A program made the translations under genes and the position numbers. Below, one piece after another: positions 10,698-19,828 of a DNA stretch of 64,000 nucleotides. The DNA is taken from the NCBI GenBank assembly GCA_028279705.1, contig JANQNF010000046.1:17019-81018 (forward strand), given 5' to 3'. The notes beneath the pieces were generated by a model, which was given only the letters and a program-made list of their open reading frames with translations, was not told where the DNA came from and ran no database searches. The stretch is from an archaeon (GTDB lineage: Archaea > Aenigmatarchaeota > Aenigmatarchaeia > QMZP01 > JAFGSV01). Position 1 is the first letter of the stretch. Each line of letters begins with the position of its first letter.

Positions 10698-11903
10698 GCT
10701 TTCACTTATCTCCTGATACTTTTCCGGGTATTCATTCTTGAAGAACTGCACAAACATGCTCATGTTATTTCGGAGTTCTTCCACTTCATACCTTAGGGAT
10801 CTCTCCTCACGCACCATTTTCATGCACGTTTGCTTGTCGAGGCCCATGCCACATTTGACGCATATTCTAGCGTCAATTCCGTTTATTTCCTGACATCTGG
10901 GACATCCCTTTGGTTTCAGTGCACTTTCTTTAGTTTCCTCTTTTTTACGCTTCCCGTGCGCTTCCAGAAATGCATCTGTAAGGTGTTCGCTGCTCAGATG
11001 GACGTACGTGTTGACCATCTTGCTGTCTCCAGACCATCCGAAATACATCCTGAGTTGCGGTTCCTTTAACTTACCTGCGAGTAACGTGGCCTGACTGTGC
11101 CTGAAATTGTGAGGGTTGACCTTCTTCACAATTCCGGACTTATCAGCGACTTTTCTCAGAATTTGGTTAATGATGTTGTAGCTTAGCGCTTTCTCATGGT
11201 TTGTCATTAGAGCGCAAAACACCTTCGCTTTTGGGTTCTTCCTTGCGGGGTGTTGCTCTATCCATCTTGTCAGGTATGGTATCGAGTTCATTATCGGGAT
11301 CTTTCTAAGGCCCGTCTTTCCGTTGAGTGTGACATGGGTTACATCACCGTTGGATTGGATGTCCTTTATCCTAAGGTTCATGAGTTCGCCTACTCTGCAT
11401 CCGGTGTCAAAGAGGAAAGCTATCATTGCTCTGTCTCTGAGGTTATTTGCGAATGACATCATCTTCACTACTTCCTCCTCTGTCAGCATGTCTTCGGAAC
11501 GCTTGTTGTTCCTGTTTGGAACCTTGGGTTTCATCCACTTAACGACCTCTGGAAAGTCCGGCCTCTCCGTTCCATATAGCCACGGGAAGAAGCAGTTCTT
11601 GATGATTATCTGGTATGTGTACTTAGTCCATTCCTTGTAGTCGTCGCGTTCCAAGAGTTTCCTCACATATCCTTGGATGTCTGCCTTGCACATCTCTTTG
11701 AATGGTTTCCCTACGTCATTGCTGAGTGGACTTAACGCGTCTATATACCTGTCTATTCGTCTTCTGCCTATTCCTGTCGCAACGGAATAGCTTACAAAAT
11801 CGATTAAGGTAAGCACGTTACCTTCGTGCTTCACTCTACTTTTTATCACATCTTCGTGTGATTTCATATTGTGAACACCTCCGTTTGTCCTTTTATTTAC
11901 CAC
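10686..11903 (-). CDS. int: tyrosine recombinase/integrase with C-terminal zinc ribbon
   Basis: Catalytic-domain motifs HNFRHSQATLL and Tyr in NTYVHLS; C-terminal CPRCQ...CVKCG; N-terminus 26 nt from the tRNA-Ser 3' end. Confidence 0.85.
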   Translation of the reverse strand: MVNKRTNGGVHNMKSHEDVIKSRVKHEGNVLTLIDFVSYSVATGIGRRRIDRYIDALSPLSNDVGKPFKEMCKADIQGYVRKLLERDDYKEWTKYTYQIIIKNCFFPWLYGTERPDFPEVVKWMKPKVPNRNNKRSEDMLTEEEVVKMMSFANNLRDRAMIAFLFDTGCRVGELMNLRIKDIQSNGDVTHVTLNGKTGLRKIPIMNSIPYLTRWIEQHPARKNPKAKVFCALMTNHEKALSYNIINQILRKVADKSGIVKKVNPHNFRHSQATLLAGKLKEPQLRMYFGWSGDSKMVNTYVHLSSEHLTDAFLEAHGKRKKEETKESALKPKGCPRCQEINGIDARICVKCGMGLDKQTCMKMVREERSLRYEVEELRNNMSMFVQFFKNEYPEKYQEISESLVK

Positions 11904-11929
11904 GGTAGGCGTTCACACTTCTTTCCTAG

Positions 11930-12012
11930 CGCCGAGGATGGGATTTGAACCCATAAGTCCAGAGGACACTAGATTTCCAGTCTAGCGCGTTACCAGATTC
12001 TGCCACCTCGGC
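11930..12012 (-). tRNA. tRNA-Ser (anticodon GGA), no encoded CCA
   Basis: Hand-folded: acceptor GCCGAGG/CCTCGGC, anticodon stem CTAGA/TCTAG with loop CUGGAAA, long variable arm, T-loop GGTTCAAATCC. Confidence 0.8.
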
Positions 12013-12050
12013 ATGTGAAAATAATTATAGCACGTTATTTTAATAGGTTA

Positions 12051-12593
12051 TTACTTCTTTTCGGTCGTCTTTTCGATGACTTCGACCTTCGAATCCATGC
12101 CGAAATGCCATTTCAGTATCTCGCATGCAAACGGTGCGAACTTCCCAGGACTTTCCATAACGAGCTTCTTCAATTCTTCCACGTGCACGAATTCTATTGC
12201 CGTGATCTCGTCTTTGCCAAACGATACCTTACCGTCATATTGCAGCTTGTATATGACGCTTACCATGTTATCGTTCACGTCGCCGTAGTTCATCCGTATC
12301 TTTGCTATCTTCTCCGGCCTGGGTTCGCTTATACCCATTTCATCTTCTGCTTCTCTTTTCATGGCCTCGTCAAAGGTCTCGCCAGATTCCACGTGGCCCG
12401 AGACGGATATGTCATACACGCCTGGGTACTTGTCCCGCTTGGAGTCCCTCACCTGCAGTATGAGCTCGTCCCTACTGTTGAACACCAGTATATGAACACC
12501 TCTGTGCCACGAAGTGCTGCTGTGTACATTCTTCCTCGTGTCCCTTCCTATCACGTTGTCATCCTTGTCCACCATGTCGATAAATTCAGCCAT
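12051..12593 (-). CDS. Nudix hydrolase
   Basis: Nudix box GHVESGETFDEAMKREAEDEMGI; likely start is MAEFIDMV, because upstream ORF sequence overlaps a small Zn-ribbon gene. Confidence 0.75.
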   Translation of the reverse strand: MAEFIDMVDKDDNVIGRDTRKNVHSSTSWHRGVHILVFNSRDELILQVRDSKRDKYPGVYDISVSGHVESGETFDEAMKREAEDEMGISEPRPEKIAKIRMNYGDVNDNMVSVIYKLQYDGKVSFGKDEITAIEFVHVEELKKLVMESPGKFAPFACEILKWHFGMDSKVEVIEKTTEKK

Positions 12594-12642
12594 GTTTTGC
12601 ACTTGAATGTCGTAGAATAAAAACATAACGTAAACTGTGTGA

Positions 12643-12795
12643 TCAGTGCCCTTTCGTAGTCTGTGCAGCGCATCTCTTGCATAGGCCAAGGCTGTCGTCA
12701 AAGCAGCTGTGACAGACTATTGCGCCGCAGGCGTTGCACGTATAAGCAGGCTTTGCAATTCCCCCGCATCCAGAACAAATGCCGGGAACCTCCAT
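12643..12795 (-). CDS. small zinc-ribbon protein (50 aa, not in ORF track)
   Basis: Hand translation: MEVPGICSGCGGIAKPAYTCNACGAIVCHSCFDDSLGLCKRCAAQTTKGH; starts 2 nt after the antiporter stop. Confidence 0.4.
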   Translation of the reverse strand: MEVPGICSGCGGIAKPAYTCNACGAIVCHSCFDDSLGLCKRCAAQTTKGH

Positions 12796-12796
12796 A

Positions 12797-14149
12797 TCAG
12801 TCCCCTTCTTTTTCATCGTAGTCGAGCATCAGCGAGACATCCTCTTCCTTCTTAACCGTCACTTCTGGTGTCTCTTCTTCCTTCTCAACCTTCTTTGCCT
12901 TCTTCCTGACTTCCTTGAACCTATCCATGCTTCCTATCGCGCCGACCACTGTACTGAATAGTACTGAAAGCAGTATCACCATGAACACGATGTTTACCAT
13001 CTGCCCGGCAAGAACGGGCTGCCCTGCAGCTATCACAGTCGCCGCAACTATCGGTATCATTGCAGCCGATGAAAGTCCCCTTGGAGCTATGAAGCTCATG
13101 ATCAGCATCTCCTTTCGTGTGAACTTCTCGCGCAGCTCTCCCATGAGCGATATGATCATTATCGGCCTTATCGCAACCACCATCACGAAGAACAGAAGTA
13201 TGTATGCAAGTTCCCCAAGCCCTATTAGAAGCGTCACCTGCGCACCAAGCAGCGTGAAGACGGATATCCTAAGCATCTCGGAGAACTGGTCCTGGAAGTG
13301 TAGTATCTCTTCCCTGTCATCCCTTCCGCGCAGAGTGAAGTTGCCTGCAACGAGGCCACAGATTGCAACGGCAAGCATGCCGCTACCACCAACTCCCGTT
13401 GCAAGCGCATACGTTATGAGCGCTATTGCAAAGAGCAGAAGTGAAGTGTACTCCTTCATTATGCCCTTGAAAAGCCTTGATGCAGCAAGGCCCACTATGA
13501 GTCCCGTGCCGACACCGACAGTTATCATCATCCAGAACTGGGAAAGATACCTCATCGGCTCGATGAGCGCCCCGGGTGTGATGTTCACAAGATCAAGGAA
13601 TATCAGCGGTACCAGCACAGATATGGGGGAATTGAATATGGATTCCACTTTCAGTATGGTAAGCGCGTTCTTCGCCTTTGAAAGCGCCTTCTCGAATGCA
13701 AAAACGACACCGCTTCCGGTGCCGCTTATCACGGCTCCAAGAAGCATCGCAAACACAATATCCATCTGGAAGAAGAAGCTTGCAACGAGTCCTAGTACGA
13801 CCGTATTGAACAGTACACCGACAAATGCGAGCTTAAGCGATATGTTGGAATACTTCTTGAAAACACCGAAGTTCAGGTTGAAAGTCCCTATGAATATGAC
13901 AAGTATCAGTGCAAGCGTCCTGAAGAAATCAGGTATCATTCCCATCGATTCTACGTCCACAAGCTCTATCGACACGTACTGCGTTATCGCAGGATTTGCA
14001 AACACGGTAGGCCCAAACAGCAGACCGAGCAGCAGCAAAAAGAACGTGTCAGGGATGTTTCTTTTCTTTAGGATGTTTGCAACAAGGACGCCGAAACCAA
14101 GCAGTATGGCAAAGTACATAACCGAAAGTGAAACAGCATCCAGAGCCAT
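12797..14149 (-). CDS. Na+/H+ antiporter (CPA1/NhaP type)
   Basis: About 12 TM helices and a C-terminal charged tail, typical cation:proton antiporter pattern. Confidence 0.8.
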   Translation of the reverse strand: MALDAVSLSVMYFAILLGFGVLVANILKKRNIPDTFFLLLLGLLFGPTVFANPAITQYVSIELVDVESMGMIPDFFRTLALILVIFIGTFNLNFGVFKKYSNISLKLAFVGVLFNTVVLGLVASFFFQMDIVFAMLLGAVISGTGSGVVFAFEKALSKAKNALTILKVESIFNSPISVLVPLIFLDLVNITPGALIEPMRYLSQFWMMITVGVGTGLIVGLAASRLFKGIMKEYTSLLLFAIALITYALATGVGGSGMLAVAICGLVAGNFTLRGRDDREEILHFQDQFSEMLRISVFTLLGAQVTLLIGLGELAYILLFFVMVVAIRPIMIISLMGELREKFTRKEMLIMSFIAPRGLSSAAMIPIVAATVIAAGQPVLAGQMVNIVFMVILLSVLFSTVVGAIGSMDRFKEVRKKAKKVEKEEETPEVTVKKEEDVSLMLDYDEKEGD

Positions 14150-14180
14150 AACTATTTTTTACTGACCGTATATTAATGTG

Positions 14181-14654
14181 TTAGGGAAGCTTTATCCCGG
14201 AAAGAAGGTTCACGTACTTTTCAAGGCGCTTTATGTCCTTCTCAAGAATGTCAAGCGTCTTCAGAAGATAATCTCTTTCTACACCCTTGAGTTTTGATAC
14301 TTCCTTTCTCCTGTTGTCAAGGTCTGCAAGGGAACTCTCCACGCCGTTCTTCACCCTCATGGTTATGGCCTTCTTAAGTATTGTAAGAAGATCACCGTCA
14401 AGCTGGATGTAAAGCTTCCTGTCGCTTGCCTTCTTCGTCTTCTTTATGACACCAAGCACTTCAAGAAGGTCAAGGCTTAGCGATATCATGCCCGTTGAAT
14501 AGTTGGTCCTCTTGGCAACTTCCTGAAGCGATACCGGCTCTTCCTCTGCAAGCAGCGCTCCTATTATCTTCCCGTGTATGGGGGAATACCCAAGCATTCC
14601 CGCAAGTTCTGAGAATATGGAGAATACCCCGTCCCCGACGTCTTTTTCGCTCAT
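14181..14654 (-). CDS. winged-helix transcriptional regulator
   Basis: HTH segment VSLQEVAKRTNYSTGMISLSLDLLEVLGVI; start placed at MSEKDV; divergent from radical SAM gene across an AT-rich TATA-containing spacer. Confidence 0.55.
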   Translation of the reverse strand: MSEKDVGDGVFSIFSELAGMLGYSPIHGKIIGALLAEEEPVSLQEVAKRTNYSTGMISLSLDLLEVLGVIKKTKKASDRKLYIQLDGDLLTILKKAITMRVKNGVESSLADLDNRRKEVSKLKGVERDYLLKTLDILEKDIKRLEKYVNLLSGIKLP

Positions 14655-14734
14655 GATGCACCAATTATTTATATATGTTAGAATAATTCTAATTATATAT
14701 TTAAAACTTTTAAAATCTATTAAAAGTTGATAGC

Positions 14735-16324
14735 ATGGCAGCAAAGAAAAAGCACATAACCGACACGGGATCCATATGCCCCGAATGTCTCGCCATACTC
14801 AAGGCAGAGATATTCGAGCGCGATGGTAAGGTCTGGATAAGCAAGACATGCAAGAAGCACGGCACTACCGAGGAGCTCTACTGGGGTTCTGCTGAAATGT
14901 ACAACAAGGCCAAGAAGTTTGCGCATGACGGCAAAGGCATCGAAAACCCAAGCGTCGGCAAGAAGAACCCGGTCTGCCCAAAAGACTGTGGTCTCTGCAA
15001 CATGCACAAATCCCACACAGCGCTTGCAAACGTCGTGCTCACAAACCGCTGCGACCTCAGCTGCTGGTACTGCTTCTTCTATGCAAAGAGGATGGGCTAC
15101 GTCTACGAGCCGACGAAAAAGGAAATTGACGAGATGGTAAGGACGCTTGTAAACGAGAAACCCGTAGCATGTAACGCCGTGCAACTTACCGGAGGCGAGC
15201 CTACGCTAAGGGAAGATCTCATCGACATAATCAACATATGCAAAAAGCACAACCTCGACCACGTCCAGCTAAACACCAACGGCCTGAAGCTTTCAAAGGA
15301 CCTGGCACTCATGAAAAAGGTCAGGGAGGCGGGAGTAAACACGCTTTACCTCAGCTTCGACGGCGTTACCCCAAAGACCAACCCGAAGAACCACTGGGAA
15401 ATACCCGGGGTACTCGACAACTGCAGGAAGGCAGGTGAAATGGGTGCAGTGCTTGTTCCCACTATCATTAAGGGCGTAAACGACCACGAGATAGGCGACA
15501 TGATCAGGTTCGGTTTCGACAACAACGACGTAGCAAGGGGTGTCAACTTCCAGCCGGTATCACTCGTAGGAAAGATAACAAATGCTGACAGGAAGAAGAT
15601 GAGGATAACCATACCAGACGTCATAGCCAGGATGGAAGAGCAGACAGACGGTCAGGTAGGAAAGGAAGACTTCTACCCGGTCCCGACTCCGTGGCCGTTT
15701 ACAAGGTTCGTCGAGGCAATGACAGGAAAGCCAAAATACGAGCTTTCAAGCCACTTTGCATGCGGCATGGCAACTTACGTCTTCAACGTCGACAACAAGA
15801 TGATACCAATAACCAGGTTCGTTGACGTAGAAGGTGTCATGGAATACCTAAACGAGCGTGCTGAGAACCTGGAAAAGGGCGGTAACAAGTACGTGACCAG
15901 CCTCAAGCTGCTGTTCAAGCTGGGATCATTCATAGACAAGGAAAAGGCCCCGAAAGGATTCAGCATAAAAAAGATACTCTTCAACTCCCTGATGAAGCAC
16001 AACTACAGGGCGCTTGGTGACCTTCACCACAAGTCCCTGTTCGTTGGCATAATGCACTTCCAGGACCTCTACAACTACGACATAGAGCGTGTCAAGAGGT
16101 GTACGATACACTACGCGATGTCTGATGGCAGGATTGTCCCGTTCTGCGCTTTCAACGTCATACCGGAATGGTACAGGGACAAGGACATGGAATCCCAGGG
16201 ACTTTCGTTTGATGGCTGGGAAAAGAAGACGAAAATGAAGCTCAAGGACGACATGTACAAGAGGGATGTGAAAGCACTAGAAAGCTCAGAACTCTACAAG
16301 AAGACTTACAAGAGCTTCATCTAG
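14735..16324 (+). CDS. radical SAM enzyme with N-terminal zinc ribbon (529 aa)
   Basis: CPEC...C..C ribbon; radical-SAM cluster motif LTNRCDLSCWYCF; glycine-rich SAM motif QLTGGEPTL. Family assignment uncertain; tetraether-synthase-like is only one possibility. Confidence 0.75.
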   Translation: MAAKKKHITDTGSICPECLAILKAEIFERDGKVWISKTCKKHGTTEELYWGSAEMYNKAKKFAHDGKGIENPSVGKKNPVCPKDCGLCNMHKSHTALANVVLTNRCDLSCWYCFFYAKRMGYVYEPTKKEIDEMVRTLVNEKPVACNAVQLTGGEPTLREDLIDIINICKKHNLDHVQLNTNGLKLSKDLALMKKVREAGVNTLYLSFDGVTPKTNPKNHWEIPGVLDNCRKAGEMGAVLVPTIIKGVNDHEIGDMIRFGFDNNDVARGVNFQPVSLVGKITNADRKKMRITIPDVIARMEEQTDGQVGKEDFYPVPTPWPFTRFVEAMTGKPKYELSSHFACGMATYVFNVDNKMIPITRFVDVEGVMEYLNERAENLEKGGNKYVTSLKLLFKLGSFIDKEKAPKGFSIKKILFNSLMKHNYRALGDLHHKSLFVGIMHFQDLYNYDIERVKRCTIHYAMSDGRIVPFCAFNVIPEWYRDKDMESQGLSFDGWEKKTKMKLKDDMYKRDVKALESSELYKKTYKSFI

Positions 16325-16734
16325 AACACTTTCTTTCCACACGAAACGCAGTCATCCCTGTGGACGCACACTACGCCGCCGCAGTTCCTGCACTTCCATC
16401 TCGACTTTTCCTTCCTGACAAATTCCCTTATTCCGAGCTTCCTGATATTCTCAAGATTCTCAATCATGCCCATATGGTACTTGTCGCGGTAGCGCTTGTC
16501 GAGGTTCTTTATCCTTGCGCATGGGAATTTCTCACAGAATGAGCAGAATTTCTTTCTTTTACCCTTGAGCATCTCGCACCCTTTTATCGCGCATTTCCTG
16601 CAGTAGTTTGGCTTTCCAGCATCCATGCCATTGCATCCGACACATTTGTTCTTGTCTCTTTGGTATGAGATGCACAATGCACAGTTCATGCCACATGGTG
16701 CAATAAGAACAGACTTTATGGTGACACCTTTCAT
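16321..16734 (-). CDS. Cys-rich DUF3795-like protein
   Basis: 137 aa with about 20 Cys in CxxC/CxC patterns; paralogous to 23563..24009. Confidence 0.55.
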   Translation of the reverse strand: MKGVTIKSVLIAPCGMNCALCISYQRDKNKCVGCNGMDAGKPNYCRKCAIKGCEMLKGKRKKFCSFCEKFPCARIKNLDKRYRDKYHMGMIENLENIRKLGIREFVRKEKSRWKCRNCGGVVCVHRDDCVSCGKKVF

Positions 16735-16771
16735 ATTCTGTTATTTGTCAGCGGATGTTCTAAAAAGAGAC

Positions 16772-16975
16772 TCACTTTACCCACAGGCAGTACTTGCCCT
16801 TCTTCGTTATCTGTAGGTGCTGTGCAACTTCTGAGCCATTTGGATCGTTTATGAATGCCACGCCCTTCCAGGAGTGTGAGAAGTTTTTCTCGCTGCACTG
16901 TGGGCACTGGTCGCCTTCAACAAAAAGCTTGCAGTTCCTGCACACCTTTGCTCTCTGGTCCTTCATGATTGACAC
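16772..16975 (-). CDS. spt4: transcription elongation factor Spt4 / RNA polymerase subunit E''
   Basis: 67 aa, zinc ribbon CRNC...CPQC; immediately downstream of rpoE', overlap ATGA. Confidence 0.75.
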   Translation of the reverse strand: MSIMKDQRAKVCRNCKLFVEGDQCPQCSEKNFSHSWKGVAFINDPNGSEVAQHLQITKKGKYCLWVK

Positions 16976-17545
16976 CTAGCCCTCAGCCTTTGCAGCTTTC
17001 TTTTTTTGCCTTGCCTTGTTTTCCTTCAGCCAGTCAAGAGTCCCAAGGTTTGGCTGCCTTGCAGTAAGTCCTATCTTGTAGTCGCTTCCTGCAACTGAAA
17101 CTGAAATTATCCTCGCTCGCACGACATCGCCTTCCTTCATCCTCTGCTTGCTTTCCTTGCCCATGAAGATCGCGTTCTTCCTGTCGAAGTTCACAAAGTC
17201 GTCCATAAGCTGGCTTACGTGCACCATGCCGTCAACAGGTCCAAGTCTTAGGAAAACACCGAATTCGGTCACGTCTATTATCTCACCTTCAACGATCTCG
17301 TGCTGGTTCGGCTTGTATACAAGGACTTCAAATTCCACAGGGTAGTGGATAGAGCCGTCGCCTGCATATATCCTGCCCTCGCCGGTGTTCTTCACGTTTG
17401 TGACAACCAAAACGACGCCAAGCCTCTTGTCTATGACACCGTCCCACCTGTCCATGAGGCTCTGCTTTACTGCTTCCTCGAGTCCCAGTTCGAACTTTGA
17501 AGGCTGGACCTTTATTTCATCTTCAACTTGGATTATCTTGTACAT
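16976..17545 (-). CDS. rpoE: DNA-directed RNA polymerase subunit E' (Rpo7)
   Basis: N-terminal Rpb7-like domain and S1 domain (GDVVRARIISVS); conserved rpoE-spt4 operon. Confidence 0.85.
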   Translation of the reverse strand: MYKIIQVEDEIKVQPSKFELGLEEAVKQSLMDRWDGVIDKRLGVVLVVTNVKNTGEGRIYAGDGSIHYPVEFEVLVYKPNQHEIVEGEIIDVTEFGVFLRLGPVDGMVHVSQLMDDFVNFDRKNAIFMGKESKQRMKEGDVVRARIISVSVAGSDYKIGLTARQPNLGTLDWLKENKARQKKKAAKAEG

Positions 17546-17748
17546 AACCTAAACACCAATCACTTACAATGTTTATTGCATTAATTATATAAGTAATTAC
17601 CTGTTCAATGGAATAACTATATGGAAGCATGCAAATAAAAATATATGCCTCCATTCCATTCTCCACTGAACATGATGCACAGTTAATGATTTAACTGTGG
17701 AAGTCAATAATATAACGGAATTACCGTCATTCCACTATAGGTGTTTTA
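17546..17748. promoter_or_regulatory. candidate replication origin (ORB-like inverted repeats around an AT-rich core) upstream of orc1/cdc6
   Basis: Inverted TTCCAyTATAG / TCCACTG elements (ggaataactatatggaag, cattctccactgaac, gtcattccactatagg) flank gcaaataaaaatatatgcc; adjacent to orc1. Confidence 0.4.
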
Positions 17749-18798
17749 ATGTCGTACCCGGAGATGAGTATAATACGGGACATACGCGTCCTGACCGAGA
17801 AATTCATACCAAACAGGATACTCCACAGGACAGGCCAGCTTGAAGCAATAAGAGACGACATAAAGCCTCTTCTTGAGGGCAGCGTCCCGCGCCACGTATT
17901 CATACACGGAAATCCTGGCACGGGAAAGACGTGCATGGCAAGGTATGTCGCAGGGGAGCTTGAATCATACAGTTCCGACATAGTCCAAAGCTACACAAAC
18001 TGCTGGGAGAACCCAAGCAGGTTCAGGATACTCTACAACATTGCAAAGGACGTTAGCAGCGCACCGATAATACACAGGAAAGGCACGCCCACAGACGAAA
18101 TACTCGAGATGATAAAAAGAAGCCTCGAAGGCAAGCACTGCGTCGTCATACTCGACGAAGTTGACAAGATAGAGGACGACCGCGTCCTCTATGATCTCAT
18201 AACGCTGCAGAACGTTTGCATGCTCATGATAGCCAATTCCTCAACTGCCCTCTACAACGTCGACTCGAGGATACGAAGCAGGCTGGCATCTTCGGACAAC
18301 ATAGAATTCCGTCCATATAGCAGCAGTGAAATAATCGACATATTAAGCGACAGGTCAGAATGGGGGCTCATACCAGGGGTCATAACTGGACAGCAGATAG
18401 AAATGATTGCCGCAAGCGTGTCTGGAGATTGCCGTGCTGCAATAGATATCATGAGGGTTGTTTCAGAAGAGGCTGAACGAAGCGAACATGAAAAGATAAC
18501 AGACGACATGATAGAAAGATCTCTCCCAAGGATCGAGATGTTCAAAAAGGAATTGAGCATGGGAGCACTCAATCCCCACCAGAAGCTCATAATGGAGATA
18601 GTCACCGGCGCAGGCGGTACGATAGATTCAGGAGAACTCTTCAGGAAACTTTCGGAACTTTCCGCTAGCAAAGGCATGGAAAGCATAGTGGACAGGACGT
18701 TTCGAAACTACACTAACAAGCTCGTCAAGTACTCCTTTTTGAATTCTTCCGGTGACGGCCGCTGGAGGACTTTCGCCCTTCCAAAAAAGCAGTTCTAG
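17749..18798 (+). CDS. orc1: Orc1/Cdc6 replication initiator
   Basis: Walker A GNPGTGKT, Walker B VVILDEVD, C-terminal winged helix. Confidence 0.9.
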   Translation: MSYPEMSIIRDIRVLTEKFIPNRILHRTGQLEAIRDDIKPLLEGSVPRHVFIHGNPGTGKTCMARYVAGELESYSSDIVQSYTNCWENPSRFRILYNIAKDVSSAPIIHRKGTPTDEILEMIKRSLEGKHCVVILDEVDKIEDDRVLYDLITLQNVCMLMIANSSTALYNVDSRIRSRLASSDNIEFRPYSSSEIIDILSDRSEWGLIPGVITGQQIEMIAASVSGDCRAAIDIMRVVSEEAERSEHEKITDDMIERSLPRIEMFKKELSMGALNPHQKLIMEIVTGAGGTIDSGELFRKLSELSASKGMESIVDRTFRNYTNKLVKYSFLNSSGDGRWRTFALPKKQF

Positions 18799-18859
18799 CG
18801 GAATAGCGGAAAGCTGCCCTTCCGTTTTCTTTATAACCGGTTTTTGAGAAGCACTTATT

Positions 18860-19828
18860 GTGAGCAAGACTCAAAATGGTGAAAAAATGCAATATCCTGC
18901 AATTGCCCAAAGGTTCCTCCAAGGCGTCAATGACGGGAGGGGATACCTCGAAATATCCCCTTCCGAAGACTGCCGTCTGAGTGACTGCGTAAATGACGCA
19001 AGATCGCTTGAAATCGAGCTGAAATCAAGAGGTTTCAGCAAAAAGACTGTGAAGTCCTACCTTTACTATAACGCAGACTTTCTCAGGTTCGTTGGAAAGA
19101 GCGCAGGTGAGGCTACGGAAGAGGACGTCAAGAACTACATGGCATTCCTCATCGAGAACAGGAGCGCGTCGACTGCAAGCCTCGCCCTCGCAGCGATACG
19201 GTTTTTTTCAAAAAGAGTGCTGATGAAGGACTTTGAGCATATAAATAACCCAAAACGCGAGACTAAGCTTCCAGACATACTCACAAGGGACGAGGTCAGA
19301 AAGATGATAGAAATGACATCAAACATCAAGCACAAGATACTCCTTGAACTTCTTTACGGGTGTGGATTGAGGGTTTCTGAGGTAGTAAACCTCAGAATCA
19401 CTGACGTTAGCGTGCACGAACGTGTCATACACGTTCGTAATGGTAAAGGCGGGAAAGACAGGATGGTGCCGCTTCCAAGACTTACTGCACAGAAGCTTGA
19501 ATTCTTCATGAAAGTAAGGGACGAGAACAATCCCTATCTCATACCATCCGCAAGGGGAGGTAAGATAACCACAAAGACCGTCTATCTCGTGGTAAAACAA
19601 TCTGCTGAGAGAGCCAGGGTAAGAAAGAACGTCCACCCGCACACGCTGAGGCATTCGTTCGCTACACACCTTCTCGAAAACGGACATGACATCAGGGTCA
19701 TTCAAAAGCTTCTTGGTCACGCTGACATAAAGACGACCCAGATATACACTCACATCTCAAGAGATTTCCTAAGGAATGTCACAAGCCCGCTTGACAGCAC
19801 GTTGTACGAAGGGGGCGCTTTGAGATGA
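18860..19828 (+). CDS. xerA: tyrosine recombinase XerA
   Basis: RHS..THLLENGHDIRVIQKLLGH..TQIYTH catalytic motifs with tyrosine. Confidence 0.88.
   Translation: MSKTQNGEKMQYPAIAQRFLQGVNDGRGYLEISPSEDCRLSDCVNDARSLEIELKSRGFSKKTVKSYLYYNADFLRFVGKSAGEATEEDVKNYMAFLIENRSASTASLALAAIRFFSKRVLMKDFEHINNPKRETKLPDILTRDEVRKMIEMTSNIKHKILLELLYGCGLRVSEVVNLRITDVSVHERVIHVRNGKGGKDRMVPLPRLTAQKLEFFMKVRDENNPYLIPSARGGKITTKTVYLVVKQSAERARVRKNVHPHTLRHSFATHLLENGHDIRVIQKLLGHADIKTTQIYTHISRDFLRNVTSPLDSTLYEGGALR

Larger units (their letters stand above)
1..11929. mobile_element. integrated element at tRNA-Ser (integrase, regulators, KAP NTPase cassette); left end not found in window
   Basis: Integrase abuts tRNA 3' end; the whole segment is visibly more AT-rich than the 12.7-19.8 kb core; cargo is all hypothetical or defence-like. 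Confidence 0.5.

Noticed and set aside
12015-12620. 201-aa plus-strand ORF
   Set aside because: Antisense to the Nudix gene; no motifs, His/Val-rich low complexity.
12915-14165. 416-aa plus-strand ORF
   Set aside because: Antisense shadow of the Na+/H+ antiporter; Ser/Thr/Pro-rich junk.
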